From assembly GCA_030390025.1 (NCBI GenBank), contig CM059432.1, positions 35,032,001 through 35,096,000 on the forward strand: a stretch of DNA of 64,000 bases, written 5' to 3'. Under the pieces are notes generated by a model. It was not told the DNA's origin and did no database searches. It saw nothing but the letters and a program-made list of their open reading frames with translations. How positions within the stretch are numbered: position 1 is the first letter of the stretch; each line of letters opens with the position of its first letter. Shown here in pieces: positions 1 to 64,000 of this stretch. Source of the DNA: Squalus acanthias. Taxonomy: Eukaryota. The translations under genes were made by a program, and so were the position numbers.

Positions 1-386
1 CCCCTCAAATCCCCTCTAAACCTTCCACCAATTACTTTAAATCTGTGTCCCCTGGTTTTTGACCCCTCTGCTAAGGGAAATAGGTCCTTTCTATCCACTT
101 TATCTATGCCCCTCATAATTTTATACACCTCAATAAGGTCTCCCCTCAGCCTCCTCTGTTCCAAGGAAAACAGACCCAGCCTATCCAGTCTTTCCTCATA
201 GCTAAGATTCTCTACTCCCGGCAACATCCTTGTAAATCTCCTCTGTACCCTCTCTAGTGCAATCACATCTTTCCTGTAATGTGGTGACCAGAACTGCACA
301 CAGTACTCTAGCTGAGGCCTAACTAGTGTTTTATACAGTTGAAGCATAACCCCCCTGCTCTTGTATTCTATGCCATGGCTAATAAA

Positions 387-599
387 AATGAGAAGTCACA
401 CAACACCAGGTTATAGTCCAACAGTTTTATTTGAAATTACGAGCTTTCGGAGCGCTGCTCCTTCGTCAGGTACAGTCACGAAGGAGCAGAGCTCCGAAAG
501 CTCGTAATTTCAAATAAAACTGTTGGACTATAACCTGGTGTTGTGCGACTTCTCATTTTTGTCCATCCCAGTCCAACACCGGCATCTCCGCATCATGAC
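387..599. mobile_element. Penelope-like non-autonomous insert with long inverted arms (about 385-466 and 478-560)
   Basis: Near-perfect ~80 bp inverted repeat. GGCTAATAAA is duplicated at 377-386 and 600-609 (TSD). Hammerhead core inside. Confidence 0.75.
438..473 (-). ncRNA. Minimal type I hammerhead ribozyme motif (Penelope-associated)
   Basis: Minus strand GTAC-CTGACGA-A-GGAGC agc GCTCC-GAAA-GC-TC-GTA: CUGANGA core, 5-bp stem II, GAAA, palindromic AGCU stem III, TAC/GTA stem I. Confidence 0.65.
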
Positions 600-2309
600 G
601 GCTAATAAAGGCAAGCATTCCGTATGCCTTCTTAACCACCTTATCTACCTGGCCTGCTACCTTCAGGGATCTGTGGACATGCACTCCAAGGTCCCTTTGT
701 TCCTCTACACTACTCAGTGTCCTACCATTTAATGTGTATTCCCTTTCCTTGTTAGCCCTCCCCAAATGCATTACCTCACACTTCTCCGGATTGAATTCCA
801 TTTGCCACTGTTCTGCCCACCTGACCAATTTATTGATATCTTACTGCAGTCTACAGCTTCCTTCTTCATTATCAACCACACAGCCGATTTTAGTATCATC
901 TGCAAACTTCTTAATCATACCCCCCTATATTCAAGTCTAGATCATTGATATATACCACAAAAAGCAAGGGACCTAGTACTGAGCCCTGCGGAACCCCACT
1001 GGAAACAGTCTTCCAGTCACAAAAACGCCCATCAACTATTACCCTCTGCTTCCCGTCTCCGAGCCAGTTTTGAATCCAACTTGACACTTTGCCCTGGATC
1101 CCATGGGCTTTTAACTTCGTGACCAGTCTGCCATGTGGAACCTTATCAAAAGTCTTGCTAAAGTCCATATACACTACATCAAACACACTACCCTCATCTA
1201 CCCTCCTTGTTACCTCCTCAAAAAATTAAATCAAGTTTGTCAGACACGACCTTCCCTTAACAAATCCGTGCTGACTATCCCTGATTAATCCGTGTCTTTC
1301 TAAATGAAGATTTATCCTGTCCTTCAGAATTCTTTCCAATAATTTTCCCACCACCGAGGTTAGGCTGACTAGCCTGTAATTACTCGGTCTATCCTTTTCT
1401 CCCTTTTTAAACAAGGGTACCACATTAGCAGTCCTTCTAATCAGTTGGATTGGATGATTATGTCAAGATCAAATACAAACCATATAGTGTTGGGAAATGG
1501 AAAATTCAGCCCCAAGTGTCTTGCAGGACTCCTTGCCATTTTGTATATGAATTATTCATCAGAATCTTAACGCTACCACAAGGAGAGATTGAGGCGAATA
1601 GCGTAGATGCATTTAAGGGGAAGCTAGATAAGTACATGAGGGAAGAAAGGAATAGAAAGATGCTGATAGGGCTAGATGAAGTAAAAAGAGTGGGAGGAGG
1701 CTCGTGTGGAGCATAAACACTGTTGGGCTGAATGGCCTGTTTGCTGTGAATTCTATATAATCTTTGCCTGAAATCTTTGTTCTCCCAACTTCACTTCTAA
1801 TTAAGTAAATCACATCTACCAGTAGTAAATGTAAATTTGATTTTTTTTAAAATAGCATTGAGCCAAAATACTAAGTAAGATTAGCTGAATAAGGTCTTGG
1901 GGAGGAAATTGTTCTTGCCAATTTGCATTAATTGATGTTTTCAGAAAGAGATCCTGAAAGTAATAAAACAGAGACTATTGCCTGCTGTCATCATGCAGCA
2001 GGGCCACATGCAAAAGAACAAAATCAGGCAAAAATATATTTAGTTCAGTGAAGTGATAAAACAATTATTGATTGTAGATTAGGGGTTATAAGATTAATTA
2101 TTGTCCCTCAGGTTACAAAAGTATATTTAAGGCAAAATAATGCCTTCAGTCCTCAGGTTCAGTCATTATAAAAGACTAGCAGGTCATATTTGCAGGGCTA
2201 TGGGGAAAGAGCCGGGGAGTGGGACTAATTGGATCGCTCTTTCAAAGAGCCAGCACAGGCACGATGGGCCGAATGGCCTCCTTCTGTGCTGTAAGATTCT
2301 ATGATTCTA

Positions 2310-2438
2310 AAATACTGCCGATGCTGGAAATCTGAAATAAAAACAGAAAATGCTGGAACTACTCAGCAGGTCAGGCAGCATCTGCGGAGAGAGAAACAGA
2401 GTTAACATTTCAGGCCGATGACCTTTCGTCAGAACTGG
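2310..2438 (-). mobile_element. Penelope-like terminal fragment with a second hammerhead motif at 2400-2436
   Basis: Minus strand AGTT-CTGACGA-A-AGGTC atc GGCCT-GAAA-TG-TT-AACT; stem I AGTT/AACT. Confidence 0.6.
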
Positions 2439-2756
2439 AGAAATGATGTGGGACGTATTTCCCAACTGGTGCAGTTTACTGTGCTCGAATCAAATTCCCT
2501 GTTGCCAGGACTTATCATGTGAAACATTTTGGCTGACAATTTCCTGGTGCTCCGCCACTGTTAACTTCACCAGGAGTTGACGGGCAGATTTACAGTGGCA
2601 GAGCGGGGCCAACTCCAAGGAAATTCCCGACCTTTGAGGAGCTTCAGCATGGCAAGGCGCTGTATCGATTCAGGTCACTCACCCATCTACACCTGGCACC
2701 TGTTGTGCTTAGTCACTAGAAACCACACACGCACACACACGAACACAAGTGCTTAC

Positions 2757-62004
<59,248 letters not shown>

Positions 62005-62689
62005 CTGAATAGGGCAAAAAGAAAATGCACAAAATTAGTCAGGAAGAATGGGGCAGAGGAAGAGAGACTTCTGGTTCAGATTCAGAGACCAGGGTCATCA
62101 ATTTAAAATTGTCACTAAGAAAGTTGGAAACATTTCTTTACTCAGAGAGTTGTTGGAGCATGGAATGCTTTGTGATAGAGAGCATTGAATCTTTTATGGG
62201 GAAATTGGATAAATATTTGAAGCAGAGAAGGATACAGGGCTATGGGGAGAGAGTGGCACAGTGGGATGGCTCCAGCAAAGAGCCAGTACAGACATGATGG
62301 GCTGAATAGCCTCCTTCTCTGTTGTAAACCTCTATGGAATGTCACCAAGCCAGTATAAAAAGACACAGACAGGGCAATAATATTTTCTTCCTAATTTTCT
62401 CTCCTCTCCTGAAGACGGTGGGGGTGGGGCTAGAGGTTGAGGGTCGGGGGCCAAGGGCCAGAGGTGGGGGTTCGGGGCCAGATCCACAGGTGCTGCGTTT
62501 CCTCCTATATCTCGCCAATATGCCCATTCTGGATGTATGAGAGTTGACAGGCAAATAAACCATGGGGAGCATTACATCCGAACCCATTCCTGTCCTCGCC
62601 TGACATCTTTATGCACACATTTGTCCAGCAGGGGTCACTGGACAGCAACCCATTCCCCTTTCTATTCTGAAAGAGAGTTTCTATAGTGC

Positions 62690-63105
62690 TTTATCATGTC
62701 CTCAGGAGATCAAAAATTGCTTCACAACTAATCTTGAAGTGCTGTTCAAGGTAAACACATGCAGCAAGATTCCACATGTAACAAATGAGATCAGTTAATC
62801 TGTTTTTTGGTGGTTTTGGTTGAGGAAAGAATGTTGCCCAGGACACCGGGAGAATTTTCTGCTCTTCCTCCGATAGTGCCATGGGATCTTTAACATCCAC
62901 GTGATGTCAGCCGTGGCTCAGTGGTACCACTCTCGCCTCTGAGTCAAAAGGTTATGGGTTCAAGCCCCCGCTCTAGAAACTTGAGCACATAATCTTGGCT
63001 GACACTCTAGTGAAGCACTGAGGGAGTGCTGCATTGTGAGATGCCATCTTTCAGATGAGACGTTAAACCGAGGCCCTATCTGCCCTCTCAGCTGGATTTA
63101 AAAGC
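62690..63105. mobile_element. DeuSINE-like fragments back to back (minus body 62690-62900, plus head 62905-63105)
   Basis: TGTCAGCCGTGGCTCAGTGGT head, GGTTCAAGCCCC B box, GATGAGACGTTAAACCGAGG core. Confidence 0.75.
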
Positions 63106-64000
63106 ACTGGGATGAAGAGAAGAATCATCTATCAGATGAAAAGCTTGTTCTTGTATCCTATCCAAGAGTAATATAAAACAGTCAAAGTTCTGGTCCCCTC
63201 ACATGATGGGTAATATAGAGCTCCTGGAAAAGGTTCATAGCAGGGCCTAGTTTAAAATTCTTAGTTATCACGGTATACTCAAGAAGCTGGGTCTTTTTAA
63301 TTCTAGAAAAGCATGGACTTCAGGGAGACATGATTGAAGTATTTAAAATGATGAAGGGACTAGACTGTATACATGTGAACAGACTATTTGAATCAGTGAA
63401 GTTATAGAGAACGAGGGGATGTATGTATAGAACTAGGTTAGACGGCGGGAGGTTTTTCCTTTCTCAGAGGATCATTGACCTTTGGAACAAGTTGCCGGCT
63501 CATGCAGTGGCTGCAGATTCACTGCACACACTCAAAAGAAAGCTGGACGAATTCCTGGAGGAGGCTGATGTCATTGTATACAAAAGGTAGGTGGGATATT
63601 GGGTGATGTACCTCGTGGTCACTGTTATCTCCTGGAACTCGTTTATGATCGTCTTCAGGGGTCAGGGGTTGGAGAGGAATTTCCCAGAATTCTTTCTTTC
63701 CCTGAATTGGACTAAGATTTTTATTAATCTGTTTTATTTGCCTGTCCCAGGGATTACATGGCTGTGGTGAGTGGGATGCATTGGGGTTCATGTTGCTTAG
63801 TTGAAACACGGCTGAATGGGACAGATCGGATGGACCACTCTGTCTTTTTTATATGTTCATATGTAAGATTGGTGATTGGTTGATCCACTAGATATCACTA
63901 GCACATTTGGTAAGTGCTTCTTCACATCACATTTATAAAGCATGCTAGAGACATCTAAGGACTCCTGGAAATTGAAGGCAGGTGATTGCACAGTGTTCAG

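Larger units (their letters stand above)
1..1437 (-). mobile_element. CR1-type LINE ORF2 (RT) fragment, decayed, interrupted at 387-599
   Basis: ORF pieces VPLFKKG..NYRLVSLTS, YMDFSKTFDKVPH, GVPQGSVLGP and WQMEFNPEKC in shifting frames. Confidence 0.92.

Overview
Eukaryotic vertebrate genomic DNA. The repeat complement (CR1/L2 LINEs, a SacSINE1-like DeuSINE, Penelope ends, Harbinger elements) points to a cartilaginous fish, which is an inference. The window lies within one minus-strand gene, a class B1 GPCR of the parathyroid hormone receptor family (PTH1R/PTH3R). I traced 11 internal coding exons from 62004 down to 2757. All have GT-AG boundaries and compatible phases, and they total 1188 nt = 396 aa with no stop. 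I found no signal-peptide exon or last exon, so they presumably lie outside the window. The introns are mostly nested mobile DNA. Main observations: (1) a ~3.1 kb single-ORF APE-RT LINE whose 5' end is a tRNA-like Pol III head, with no TTTT on its sense strand and three head+tail SINE-like deletion derivatives nearby; (2) a ~13.6 kb CpG-rich, G-skewed minisatellite expanded inside a Harbinger-type insertion with an exact ATT TSD; (3) two minimal hammerhead ribozyme motifs in Penelope-like ends, sense to the pre-mRNA; (4) a decayed two-gene Harbinger transposon inside a CR1 5'UTR; (5) a candidate in-frame alternative donor and unusual substitutions in the receptor. All analysis is by eye; family names come from recalled knowledge and need database confirmation.
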